From positions 676-64,675 of the forward strand of contig CAVEBU010000002.1 of the NCBI GenBank assembly GCA_963614045.1: a stretch of 64,000 nucleotides of DNA. The letters run 5' to 3'. Shown here one piece after another: positions 18,168-27,073 of this stretch (its first letter is position 1; the number at the start of each line of letters is the position of its first letter). The notes under the pieces were generated by a model. That model was not told the DNA's origin. It saw only the letters and a program-made list of their open reading frames with translations, and did no database searches. Source of the stretch: Alistipes finegoldii (GTDB lineage: Bacteria > Bacillota > Clostridia > Christensenellales > UBA1242). The position numbers were made by a program, and so were the translations under genes.

Positions 18168-18962
18168 ATGCAAAATAATGATTTTTATACAGAACCAGCA
18201 AGTGAAGAAAATGGACAACAGGAAGAGGTTGACTTGGGTACTTTTAAGTCAGTAAAAACCTTAAAAGAAGCTTACGATTGTTTAAGAAAAGCGTTTACTC
18301 AAAACGCAATGAAGCTAGCGGAATACAAGAAAAATGAAAGCAAAAGTGAAGAAAGTGAAATTTCTGACGCAACTGAAAACTCTTCAAGAATTGATGAAAA
18401 TAGTGAAAAAACTATAAAAAATGATGAAAAAACAGCAAATTTCACTCAAAACAGTGAAACTTTGGAAAATTTGGGAATTAAAGAAACTGCTATTGAGTCA
18501 GACAAGGTGGAAGCCACCCCTGACTTGAATATGGAAAAAGTGGACAAAGATTTCTCTCCCACTTTGACTCGCTTTGAGGGTGAGGATTGGCAAAAGAAAA
18601 TACAAGATTTCTTTGCCGAAAATGAAGATGCGAGGCAATACGCAAAGGAAATTGGTTGCATAATTATGCAAAATGAAAACGTTCGTAATAGTGCTGACCC
18701 TTTGGATAAAGCGTGGATTAAAGTGTTGAAAAATAATTCCACAACTGCTATAGATGATACCAAATTAGAGCAGTATGTTTTGCAAAATGACGCATTAAAA
18801 CAAAAAGTTATTGAGCAATATTTAAAGGAATTACAACACAAAAAGTCTGCTCCCAAAGTAATTTCGGAGCGTGGCGGAACGCAAATGAATGCTACAAAAA
18901 CTCCTCACGCACTCAGTATGGCGGAAGCCAAGGAATTGGCAAAAAAGATTATGATTAAATAG
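18168..18962 (+). CDS. putative capsid scaffolding protein
   Basis: Acidic, low-complexity 264-aa protein located between portal and capsid genes. Confidence 0.5.
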   Translation: MQNNDFYTEPASEENGQQEEVDLGTFKSVKTLKEAYDCLRKAFTQNAMKLAEYKKNESKSEESEISDATENSSRIDENSEKTIKNDEKTANFTQNSETLENLGIKETAIESDKVEATPDLNMEKVDKDFSPTLTRFEGEDWQKKIQDFFAENEDARQYAKEIGCIIMQNENVRNSADPLDKAWIKVLKNNSTTAIDDTKLEQYVLQNDALKQKVIEQYLKELQHKKSAPKVISERGGTQMNATKTPHALSMAEAKELAKKIMIK

Positions 18963-18971
18963 GAGAAAATT

Positions 18972-20147
18972 ATGATTAGTTTAACAACTGCTCAAAATGC
19001 ACTGAAAAATGTGTATTTGGACGTCGTAAGTGAACAGCTGAATTTTCATGTTGACCCGATTTTTGCAATGATTAAGCAAAGTTCGGCTGATGTTTACGGC
19101 AAAAACATTATCAAACTTGTGCCATATGGAATAAATGGCGGTGTTGGTTCGGGAACGGAAGATGGCGCTTTGCCACCTTGCAAAGAGACTCATTATGTGA
19201 ATTTTTCATCAACACTTAAGAATTTATTCGGTACGATTGAAATTACTGACAAGGCTATTCGTGCTTCGGAAAACGACGAGGGCGCTTTTGTGAATTTACT
19301 GTCTGCGGAGATGGAAAGTCTGCTTTCTGCAAGCAAATTCAACCTAGAGCGTATGTTTTACGGCGATTCTACGGGTTCTTTGGCAAATATTACCGAAATT
19401 AGCAACGCTTCTAAATATTTTGTGGCGGACAATGTTGCGCCTTTCGAGACGGGAATGTTGCTTGATTTTTACAATAACGGGGTACTTGACGCAAATATGA
19501 CGGGTGTTCGGGTGGTGACTGTGGATCGCACGAACAAAAAAGTTGTACTTGACAAGGTTTCCACGAATTTTACGACTGCAAATTTGAGCAAATACAAATG
19601 CTATGTTCAAGGTAGTAAAGACAACGAATTGACGGGTTTGGGCGAGATTTTCGGCTCAAGTACCACACTTTACGGGCTAAATCGTGCTGATTATAAGGCT
19701 TTAATGCCATATTCGGCCACTCAGGGCGCTAGTACGACTTTGAGCGAAAGCTTTATTCAAGAGTGTTTGGATGATGTCGAATTGTGTTCGGGCTATCAAC
19801 CTCAAATTATGGTTGCGTCGCCTGACGCTTATTACTCTTTAGTAAAATTGATTATGTCTTACACGAAAAATGTGGAGGCGGTGAACCTAAAATGCGGTGT
19901 TACAAGTGTCGCTTATAATGGAATTCCGCTCACACGCAATAAATATGTCAGCCCTAAAACCGTTTTAATGTTGAATCCTGACTTGTTTACGCTTCACCAA
20001 TTGTGCGATTGGGAGTGGCTAACAAGCAATAATGGTGCAATTCTGACGCAAAAAGAGGGTTATCCTACATATTCGGCAACTTTGGTAAAATATGCGGACC
20101 TAATTTGTAATCGCCCTAACGCACAGGGTAAGATTACTTTGGTCTAA
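18972..20147 (+). CDS. phage major capsid protein, paralog 1
   Basis: 391 aa in the position after the scaffold. The C-terminal ...LHQLCDWEWL...YSATLVKYADLICNRPNAQ pattern is typical of HK97-type MCPs. Confidence 0.8.
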   Translation: MISLTTAQNALKNVYLDVVSEQLNFHVDPIFAMIKQSSADVYGKNIIKLVPYGINGGVGSGTEDGALPPCKETHYVNFSSTLKNLFGTIEITDKAIRASENDEGAFVNLLSAEMESLLSASKFNLERMFYGDSTGSLANITEISNASKYFVADNVAPFETGMLLDFYNNGVLDANMTGVRVVTVDRTNKKVVLDKVSTNFTTANLSKYKCYVQGSKDNELTGLGEIFGSSTTLYGLNRADYKALMPYSATQGASTTLSESFIQECLDDVELCSGYQPQIMVASPDAYYSLVKLIMSYTKNVEAVNLKCGVTSVAYNGIPLTRNKYVSPKTVLMLNPDLFTLHQLCDWEWLTSNNGAILTQKEGYPTYSATLVKYADLICNRPNAQGKITLV

Positions 20148-20161
20148 GAGGGGGTAATTAT

Positions 20162-21340
20162 ATGATTTCATTAAAAACAGCGGACAGCGCTCTCAAAAAT
20201 GTGTATTTGGAAGTGCTAAAGAACCAGTTTGACTACAATGTTGACCCATTTTTTAGTCAAATTGAGAAAACAAGCAACGATATTTCGGGCGGAACGGTTT
20301 GCAAAATAGTTTCGCCAGGTGTAAATGGCGGAATTGGTGCTGGTGCTGAAACTGGCAGTTTGCCGTCTGCGGTTGGGGCAAGTTATGTGAAACTTACCGC
20401 TCCGCTTAAGAATTTGTATGCGCAAATCGAGATTTCAGACAAGGCTTTGCGTGCTTCAGCAAACGATTCGGGTGCTTTTGTGAACCTTTTGAATGCTGAA
20501 ATGGATAATTTGATAGAATCGAGCAAGTTCAATATGCGTCGAATGATTTACGGCGACGGCTCAACAAGTATGGGCGAAGTTTTGGATTATACTTTAAACA
20601 GTCCTACATATAAAGTGGAAAATATTGAAAGATATATCGTCGGAATGCGAGTAAACGGCACAATTGACGCTCTAACTGTGACAAATATGAACGATTTGGA
20701 TGTTTTGGACGTCGATTATGTGAACAGCAAAATAACTGTGGAAAGCAGGGGAGTTCTGACTTCTGATGTTGAAGACGACGAGGTTTTTGAAATTTGTTTA
20801 ACCAACAATTACCACCCAATTACTGGTATTGGCAAGCATTTTTCGGTGAAAAACGGCACAATTTTTGGTATTGCAAAGGAAGAAAATGAATTTATGATGC
20901 CAAATTGGGTCAGCGTTGCTAGTTCAAAATTTGATTACATTTCGCTTTTGCAAGCGATTGATATGACAAGAATGGACAAGGGTGCTAACACTGATTTTAT
21001 CGTAACCAGCTTCGATTTTCGCCGTACAGTGCAAAAATTGCTGAAAAATAACGCAATTAACTGCGATTTGCAGGTGTTGGAGGGTGGCTTCCGCACGTTG
21101 AGTATTGACGGCGTTCCTCTATATGCTAATAGATTTATACCAGAGAGGACGGCTTATTTGCTTGATTCAAGTTCGTTTGCGTTACATCAATTATGTGATT
21201 GGTCGTGGTTGACAAACGATAAAGGCGAAATTTTACGACAAAAAGAGGGTTATGCGGCACATAATGCGACTTTGGTTAAATATTGCGAGCTAATTCCTAA
21301 CAAAATGAGTTCTAACACAAAAATTTTGTTAACTCAATAA
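20162..21340 (+). CDS. phage major capsid protein, paralog 2
   Basis: 392 aa, colinear with 18972-20147. About half the positions are identical in the segments I aligned by eye (MISL.TA..ALKNVYL.V...; LHQLCDW.WLT...G.IL.QKEGY....ATLVKY). Confidence 0.8.
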   Translation: MISLKTADSALKNVYLEVLKNQFDYNVDPFFSQIEKTSNDISGGTVCKIVSPGVNGGIGAGAETGSLPSAVGASYVKLTAPLKNLYAQIEISDKALRASANDSGAFVNLLNAEMDNLIESSKFNMRRMIYGDGSTSMGEVLDYTLNSPTYKVENIERYIVGMRVNGTIDALTVTNMNDLDVLDVDYVNSKITVESRGVLTSDVEDDEVFEICLTNNYHPITGIGKHFSVKNGTIFGIAKEENEFMMPNWVSVASSKFDYISLLQAIDMTRMDKGANTDFIVTSFDFRRTVQKLLKNNAINCDLQVLEGGFRTLSIDGVPLYANRFIPERTAYLLDSSSFALHQLCDWSWLTNDKGEILRQKEGYAAHNATLVKYCELIPNKMSSNTKILLTQ

Positions 21341-21357
21341 CAAAAAGTGAGGTTTTT

Positions 21358-21738
21358 ATGGCGTTAATCAAGATTTTTAGCGATGTTTTTGATATCGCTC
21401 AGCGAGTAAAAGAGATAGATTCGGGCTATTTTATTGTTTATAATACAAAAAAACACAGGTATGAAGTGCATAATAGTCACCAATTCGGGTCAACTTTCTG
21501 TATAGTTTGCGATAGCGGGTTGAATAGCACTGTAATTACAAAGTTAAGAAAGTCAAAAATCGAGAACATAGACAAGATTTTGCGTGAAATTGATGAAAAT
21601 AACGCAAAAAATGAGCAAAATGTAGCAAAAAAGCTGAAAAATGAGGCTTCTTTTAAGCTAAAGGAAATGTTTGATTACGCAAAGAAACGGGAGTCCGATA
21701 GTGATTTTAGCGAAAGTTATAAGACTATTTGGGCGTAA
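21358..21738 (+). CDS. phage protein, unknown function
   Basis: 126 aa. Its translation-initiation region is identical to that of the portal gene (AAAAAGTGAGGTTTTTATG). Confidence 0.5.
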   Translation: MALIKIFSDVFDIAQRVKEIDSGYFIVYNTKKHRYEVHNSHQFGSTFCIVCDSGLNSTVITKLRKSKIENIDKILREIDENNAKNEQNVAKKLKNEASFKLKEMFDYAKKRESDSDFSESYKTIWA

Positions 21739-21753
21739 ATAGGAGGTTAATAA

Positions 21754-22326
21754 ATGACTGTTTTAGATGTTGTAAAATTGGTTGCGCAATATATTGGTGA
21801 TGCAGATTTGCTGTCAACGACGACACTTGGCGGGCAAACGTCACCGACTGAACAGCAAACAAGCAAAATAAACACGTTAGTTAGTTGTGTTAATGATACT
21901 GTGCAAAATTTGGCGATTATGTATTTCCCACTCAAAAAAGAGGAAGTTGTGACCAGTTCAAACGGTTCGTATTCGTTTACTCTATTTTCAAAGCCGTTGC
22001 TTGATATTCTCAAAATTGTGGACAATCGGCTTAAATTTTCGGTAGATTATGCTATGTTTCCTGATTATTTTGAGTCAAAAGCGGGCAGTTTGTTCGTTTC
22101 ATACACATATTTGCCGAGCGAAGTTAGTTCGATGTCCTCAAAATTAGAGGTTGTGGAGAATAAAGTTACTGCCAGGATGATTGCGTTGGGTGTTGCGAGT
22201 AGATATTTTTTGATTGTTGGAATGTATCAAGACGCAAACAACTGGAACGAAATGTTTGAGCGTGCGATTTTGGTGGCTCAAAGAAGAAAAGACAACATAG
22301 TTCTCAAAAAGAGAAGGTGGTTATAG
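21754..22326 (+). CDS. phage structural protein, possible head-tail connector
   Basis: 190 aa; the call rests only on position after the capsid genes. Confidence 0.3.
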   Translation: MTVLDVVKLVAQYIGDADLLSTTTLGGQTSPTEQQTSKINTLVSCVNDTVQNLAIMYFPLKKEEVVTSSNGSYSFTLFSKPLLDILKIVDNRLKFSVDYAMFPDYFESKAGSLFVSYTYLPSEVSSMSSKLEVVENKVTARMIALGVASRYFLIVGMYQDANNWNEMFERAILVAQRRKDNIVLKKRRWL

Positions 22327-23811
22327 GTGTTTTATAAGCAAAAAATACCTCAAAATACCAAATCTAACGTGAAAATTCAGCTAACTGACTTTTCGAAAGG
22401 AATTAACACACAAATTACACAAAATCTTTTGCCATTGAATTATGCTGTAAATAGTTACAATTTTGACTTCAATAAGCGCAGTTTGGCGACAGGACTTGGG
22501 ATTAAGGAGTTGTCGATTCCTTATAGTGAGACGCTTTCAAAGTCTTTCGTGCCGTCCGATTCGGTACATCAGCTTTACAGATTTTGGCAATATACGAAAT
22601 ACGACGAAACGTCAGACAGCTATATTCCGTTGCTAATGTTGTATGGCGATGACGAATTTTTGTATTATGCGAGGCTAAAAACTAGCCAAACGAACTTCAA
22701 TTTGCTAAATGTGACATTTCCGGATATTCCGAACGGTCTTAACTATAGAACGGACGACGGCGACTGCTTTTATGCGTGCGGTGATAGTAAAATTGTGAAA
22801 TTTTCGGCTTCGACGACGGAAACTTTCAGTGATAGCGTACCTAGAATTACCTCAATAGCGCTTCACGCAGGCAGACTTTTTGCTACAGTTAACGGCGACC
22901 AAAATGTTGTTTGGTTTAGTGATGACCTTGACCCAACTAACTGGAAAGTTAGCAGTTTTGAGGGCGGTTACATCGAATTAACGGGCGAAAGGGGAGTTTG
23001 CAAAAAGGTTATTGAAGCAAATAATTTGCTTTACGTGATTCGGGAGTACGGTATCAGTAAAATTTCTGGCTGGGGCTTGCAGGACGATTTTGTTGTCAAA
23101 AATATGTATTTAACGACGGGAAAATTGTATCACGAAACTGCAAGATTATGCGGTCGAATTGTGATAATGCTTTGTACCGACGGACTGTATTATTTCGACG
23201 GAAGCAGTATGAATAAGATAAATTTGGGCATTGAAGAAATGTTTGCTGGAGTCGACAATAGCAGTGCTTTTGGGGCTTTTTTGGACGGAAAATACTATTT
23301 AGCGTGCAAAATGAACTATAATGACGGGGTTTTTGTGGGGTGTGAGAGCAATTCTTATGTAAATAACACCTTGCTAGAACTCGACCTCAACACCTTCGAT
23401 ATCAACATTTTGCGGGGCGTTGATGTGGTTTATATGGACGGTATAAGATTTAATAATTATACAAAATTAGGTATAATATTAAACGGCACAAACGGGAATA
23501 AATTATATGAATTGACGCACACTGGCGAAGTGAACGGAGTGGCAACGTCGAAATATTGGTGTTCACCGCTGACGGATATGGGGTATCCAAATTATCGCAA
23601 GGCGATTAAGAGTTTGACGATAAATACAAAGACGGATATAACTGTGATTTTTGATGCTGACGGCAAGAAGTATAGTTTCGCTGTCAAGGGAAGTGATGTT
23701 CCGTCGAAAATTCCGATTAATATTTTTTGCTCAAAATTCAGCGTGGCATTTTCTTGTGCGACAAAAGCGTGTGAAATTTCCGACCCGCTAATTCAAGTTG
23801 CGTTGGTGTAG
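22327..23811 (+). CDS. phage structural protein, unknown (possible short-tail/neck component)
   Basis: 494 aa with a GTG start abutting the upstream stop. Repeated beta-strand-like motifs; no family recognised. Confidence 0.3.
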   Translation: MFYKQKIPQNTKSNVKIQLTDFSKGINTQITQNLLPLNYAVNSYNFDFNKRSLATGLGIKELSIPYSETLSKSFVPSDSVHQLYRFWQYTKYDETSDSYIPLLMLYGDDEFLYYARLKTSQTNFNLLNVTFPDIPNGLNYRTDDGDCFYACGDSKIVKFSASTTETFSDSVPRITSIALHAGRLFATVNGDQNVVWFSDDLDPTNWKVSSFEGGYIELTGERGVCKKVIEANNLLYVIREYGISKISGWGLQDDFVVKNMYLTTGKLYHETARLCGRIVIMLCTDGLYYFDGSSMNKINLGIEEMFAGVDNSSAFGAFLDGKYYLACKMNYNDGVFVGCESNSYVNNTLLELDLNTFDINILRGVDVVYMDGIRFNNYTKLGIILNGTNGNKLYELTHTGEVNGVATSKYWCSPLTDMGYPNYRKAIKSLTINTKTDITVIFDADGKKYSFAVKGSDVPSKIPINIFCSKFSVAFSCATKACEISDPLIQVALV

Positions 23812-23818
23812 GTAGTAT

Positions 23819-24253
23819 ATGGATTATATATTAAATGATTTGATTGATAGGGTTGATATGCTTGAGAATCTGGTGTATCAATTGAAAAAAGATTGTCTAA
23901 ATATGCCGTTTAGTCAGTTTGTAAAGCAAGATTTAACTCAAACTTTTACAATTTCGGGAGCGAATTCTTTTGAAATTGGGAGCTTGAGCGGTGTAGGTAG
24001 TGCTGAAATTTATATTTTATGTAAAATTAGTTGTTCGGTTGAAACTGAGGTGTTCGTCGATATTGGGAATTCTGTGGAGTGTAGCAAGAAAGTTGCTTCG
24101 AACAGCCAAAATTCGATATGCACATTTGCAATTAAAACTAGCGATATAGGGAGCGTTAAATTGAGAATTGAAAATAGTTCGATTACGGGGTCTATAAGCG
24201 AAATTAGTGTAATTGTGAGCAAAAATGCGACATTTAGTAGTGTTTTTGCATAA
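23819..24253 (+). CDS. phage protein, unknown function
   Basis: 144-aa ORF with tight spacing to the upstream gene. Confidence 0.4.
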   Translation: MDYILNDLIDRVDMLENLVYQLKKDCLNMPFSQFVKQDLTQTFTISGANSFEIGSLSGVGSAEIYILCKISCSVETEVFVDIGNSVECSKKVASNSQNSICTFAIKTSDIGSVKLRIENSSITGSISEISVIVSKNATFSSVFA

Positions 24254-24261
24254 AATTGGGT

Positions 24262-24295
24262 AGTACTATGCACTGCATAGTACCTGCATAGTACT
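24262..24295. repeat. TGCATAGTACC motif: one inverted unit followed by two direct units (palindromic core)
   Basis: AGTACTATGCA-C-TGCATAGTACC-TGCATAGTACT, about 100 bp upstream of the 24399 ATG. Confidence 0.85.
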
Positions 24296-24398
24296 GTTTA
24301 AAGGTCGTGAAATATGGTAAAATATAGTAAATTATATGGCAAAATTTTATTAAAACAGAAAAGGTTTGAAATATATTTAAAGAGTAAAGGAGGAAATT

Positions 24399-25289
24399 AT
24401 GTCAACGGAAAATATCTTAGATGAAACTATGAAAAATGAACAAAAAATGTCAAAATCCACTGAAAATTTTGATATTGAAGGGATTAAAGTTGCTTTGGAA
24501 GGGATTGAAAAGAAGTATGAGGCGGAATATCCGAGCTTGAATCCTGATGAAAGCACTATGCCTCAGTATAAGGATAATTCTTCAAAGAGTTATGAGGAGA
24601 TTTCACAAGAAGCAAAAGAGGCTTTGAGTGAGTATCAAATGTCAAATATTGGGCAAATTCAGGACGAATATGCTGAAAAAATGCAAGAATTGAACCTAAA
24701 AGAGCAAAAAATCAATATGGAATCCGATTATGACACCGAAGATTTGAAAGCTGAAGCGCAGTTGGAGTTGGAGAAAAAGAAAGCCGACCTAATTTCGCAA
24801 GGAATTGAACGCAGTAGTATTGCGCAAAATTCCAAGCAGGCAGTAGTTTCGCAATATGACAGCGAGTTAATAAGGGCGATTGAGGAAAAGCAAATAGCGA
24901 TTTCGGAAATTGAACTCAAACGCTCAATGCTTCAAAACGATATGAACGCCGCTTTGGAGAAATTCGACATCGCTTACGCTTCAAAATTGGAGAGTAAAAT
25001 TGAGGAACTGTCCAAAAAATACGACGAGGAAATGATTGCGCTTGAAAAGTACAATGCGAAAATTTCTGAACTTCGTAACGCAAGAAATCAAGAGTGGGCG
25101 AAGTGGGTGAAGGAAAAAACTTCCGAGATTGATGCCACAAAATCTCGCAAAAAAGTGGAATATTTGGTAGATGTAATCAAAAATTTGTCAAAAGAAGAGG
25201 CGCAAGCATTAATGCGTGACCAAGAAATCATCGATTCTTTGGGTGATTATTATCAAATCGTCCTCGATTTTGCAAACCGCAGAAGGTAG
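24399..25289 (+). CDS. coiled-coil phage protein, unknown function
   Basis: 296 aa, E/K/Q-rich heptad-like sequence, AGGAGG RBS. Confidence 0.45.
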   Translation: MSTENILDETMKNEQKMSKSTENFDIEGIKVALEGIEKKYEAEYPSLNPDESTMPQYKDNSSKSYEEISQEAKEALSEYQMSNIGQIQDEYAEKMQELNLKEQKINMESDYDTEDLKAEAQLELEKKKADLISQGIERSSIAQNSKQAVVSQYDSELIRAIEEKQIAISEIELKRSMLQNDMNAALEKFDIAYASKLESKIEELSKKYDEEMIALEKYNAKISELRNARNQEWAKWVKEKTSEIDATKSRKKVEYLVDVIKNLSKEEAQALMRDQEIIDSLGDYYQIVLDFANRRR

Positions 25290-25292
25290 TTT

Positions 25293-25793
25293 ATGAACGA
25301 TTTATTAAAAGACAAACTAAAATCTTATAGCTTTTGGGTGTCGTTAGCAAGTGCGATTTTACTTTTGGTGCAAACCATCGGCAGACCGTTGGGTTTGGTA
25401 ATTGACGAATCGACTTATATGTCAATTGTAAATAGCGTTTTGGGTGTGTTTGTCGTGCTGGGAATTATTAGTCATCCCGCACAAAATTTGTTAAAAACTA
25501 GCACAACACAACATGAAGAAATTACTGAAGATGAGAAAACAAATTCAAAAGATGAAAATGCTAAAAATGATGACTATGTTGCAAAAAATAGCGGGAATAC
25601 TGCAGAAAATTGCGGGATAGTCGCAAAAAATTGCACTTCATCATCCGAAAATGAGGGGCTAGTGATAGATTCTAAAAGCGGTTGCGATGGCGGTGAAATT
25701 GATACTTCTAATAATGAGAATAGCGACTTAAAAGACTTGTCGAGCGAACGAATTCAGCAAGCAAAACAAGATTTTATCAACTTATATAAGTAG
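25293..25793 (+). CDS. phage holin-like protein with long C-terminal tail
   Basis: Two TM helices lie in the first ~65 aa (FWVSLASAILLLVQTIG, VLGVFVVLGIISHP), arranged as in phi-LC3/SPP1-type holins. It is the last gene of the cluster. Confidence 0.6.
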   Translation: MNDLLKDKLKSYSFWVSLASAILLLVQTIGRPLGLVIDESTYMSIVNSVLGVFVVLGIISHPAQNLLKTSTTQHEEITEDEKTNSKDENAKNDDYVAKNSGNTAENCGIVAKNCTSSSENEGLVIDSKSGCDGGEIDTSNNENSDLKDLSSERIQQAKQDFINLYK

Positions 25794-25800
25794 TTGAATT

Positions 25801-25824
25801 GAGGGGGCACGCCCCCTCTTTTTT
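25801..25824. terminator. bidirectional intrinsic terminator
   Basis: GAGGGGGC-AC-GCCCCCTC followed by TTTTTT, between convergent genes. Confidence 0.8.
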
Positions 25825-26815
25825 ATGCAAAAATTATACATAAAAACCAGCACACAAAAGCACTAATTATTGCTTGTGAAAATTTTTGCAACATATAAAA
25901 TCGGGGGTTAATATTGCAGTTTTGTAGAAAGGTTAAAGCTTGCAGTTGAATACTGATTCCGCCCCAAGAAATTAGCCCGCAAATTAGCGGTGCGACGGTT
26001 TGAATTGGTAACGAAATTGTTGATAAATCCTTGCAACCACGAGTAATTTCGACGATTCCGTTAGTAATTCCTGTGCCGACATTTGCACTACAACCGAACA
26101 CCCCAGCAAGACTGTTTATACAGTTTGCAACTACGGTAAGAACCCCGATACTATTGAGCATATCAATCAAAATATTTGCAATGACGATATATCCGCCGAC
26201 TATCAAAATTGAAATAATTGAATCGTACAAAGTGGATGAAATTGAGGTATTTAAGCTTGGAGAATTTTGTATATTTATGCAATTTTTCTGCTTGTGGTGA
26301 TAGTTGCGATAAAGCAATCCGTTTAGCAATGCACCAACTAGATGGGCGACGAGTAGGATTATCCCGATTGTGTGATTGTAGAGCATTCCAACCCCGACCG
26401 CACCGATAATAAAAAGCGGGCCTGATGTGGAGGCGAAAGCGTTAATTCGCACGACTTCATCCTTATCAAAAATGCCTTTTTGATATAAATCGCTCGTAAT
26501 TTTTGCCCCGACAGGATAACCCGAAATTATGCTAATTAAGTAGATTACACCGCTTGAACCTGATGTATGGAACGTTTTTTGCATAATTTTTGATAGTTTT
26601 TTGCCTAAAATGTCTAGCACTTGCAATTTTGTAAGCAACCCGCTAAAAAAGAAAAAAGGGAATAAAGCGGGCAGAACGGACAGTCCCCAAATACTAATGC
26701 CGTTTAAACAAGATTGCATATATTTGTCGGGATTTATGGCAAGCATACACATTACAAAAATTGCGATAATGCTTAAAAATACACCGCTTTTGTCGTGAAT
26801 TTTTGCAAATTTCAT
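25823..26815 (-). CDS. YlbJ-like integral membrane protein (nucleoside-recognition/Gate domains)
   Basis: LNGISIWGLSVLPALFPFFFFSGLL..., ISGYPVGAKIT and FASTSGPLFIIGAVG match the YlbJ pattern. Confidence 0.75.
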   Translation of the reverse strand: MKFAKIHDKSGVFLSIIAIFVMCMLAINPDKYMQSCLNGISIWGLSVLPALFPFFFFSGLLTKLQVLDILGKKLSKIMQKTFHTSGSSGVIYLISIISGYPVGAKITSDLYQKGIFDKDEVVRINAFASTSGPLFIIGAVGVGMLYNHTIGIILLVAHLVGALLNGLLYRNYHHKQKNCINIQNSPSLNTSISSTLYDSIISILIVGGYIVIANILIDMLNSIGVLTVVANCINSLAGVFGCSANVGTGITNGIVEITRGCKDLSTISLPIQTVAPLICGLISWGGISIQLQALTFLQNCNINPRFYMLQKFSQAIISAFVCWFLCIIFA

Positions 26816-27015
26816 AGTTTAATATATGTTTGATTATGGTTTTTTATGAAAAAAATATGATTGTTTGATTATTTATTTTTACGAATTTTATACAGTCAAA
26901 ATATTTTACTTAATGCTTTTAATCAAAAAAGATAGTCAAAAAACGGGTTTTTGGCTTAAAAATGTAATTTTATGCAAAAAAATGATAAAAATATGCACTT
27001 TTTTATAAAAATATA

Positions 27016-27043
27016 TTGACAAATTTTAATTTTGTGGTATAAT
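27016..27043 (+). promoter_or_regulatory. sigma-A type promoter
   Basis: TTGACA (27016-27021), 16 nt, TATAAT (27038-27043), with a TGG extended -10. Confidence 0.6.
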
Positions 27044-27073
27044 ATAACTATAAGAAAGTGATGGGGGTATTTT

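Larger units (their letters stand above)
12596..25824 (+). mobile_element. phage-derived cluster (regulator, packaging, head, holin); incomplete prophage or satellite-like element
   Basis: Co-oriented TerL, portal, scaffold, 2x MCP, unassigned structural-size ORFs and a holin. No tail tape-measure, integrase, replication or lysin genes were recognised inside or next to it. Confidence 0.6.
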
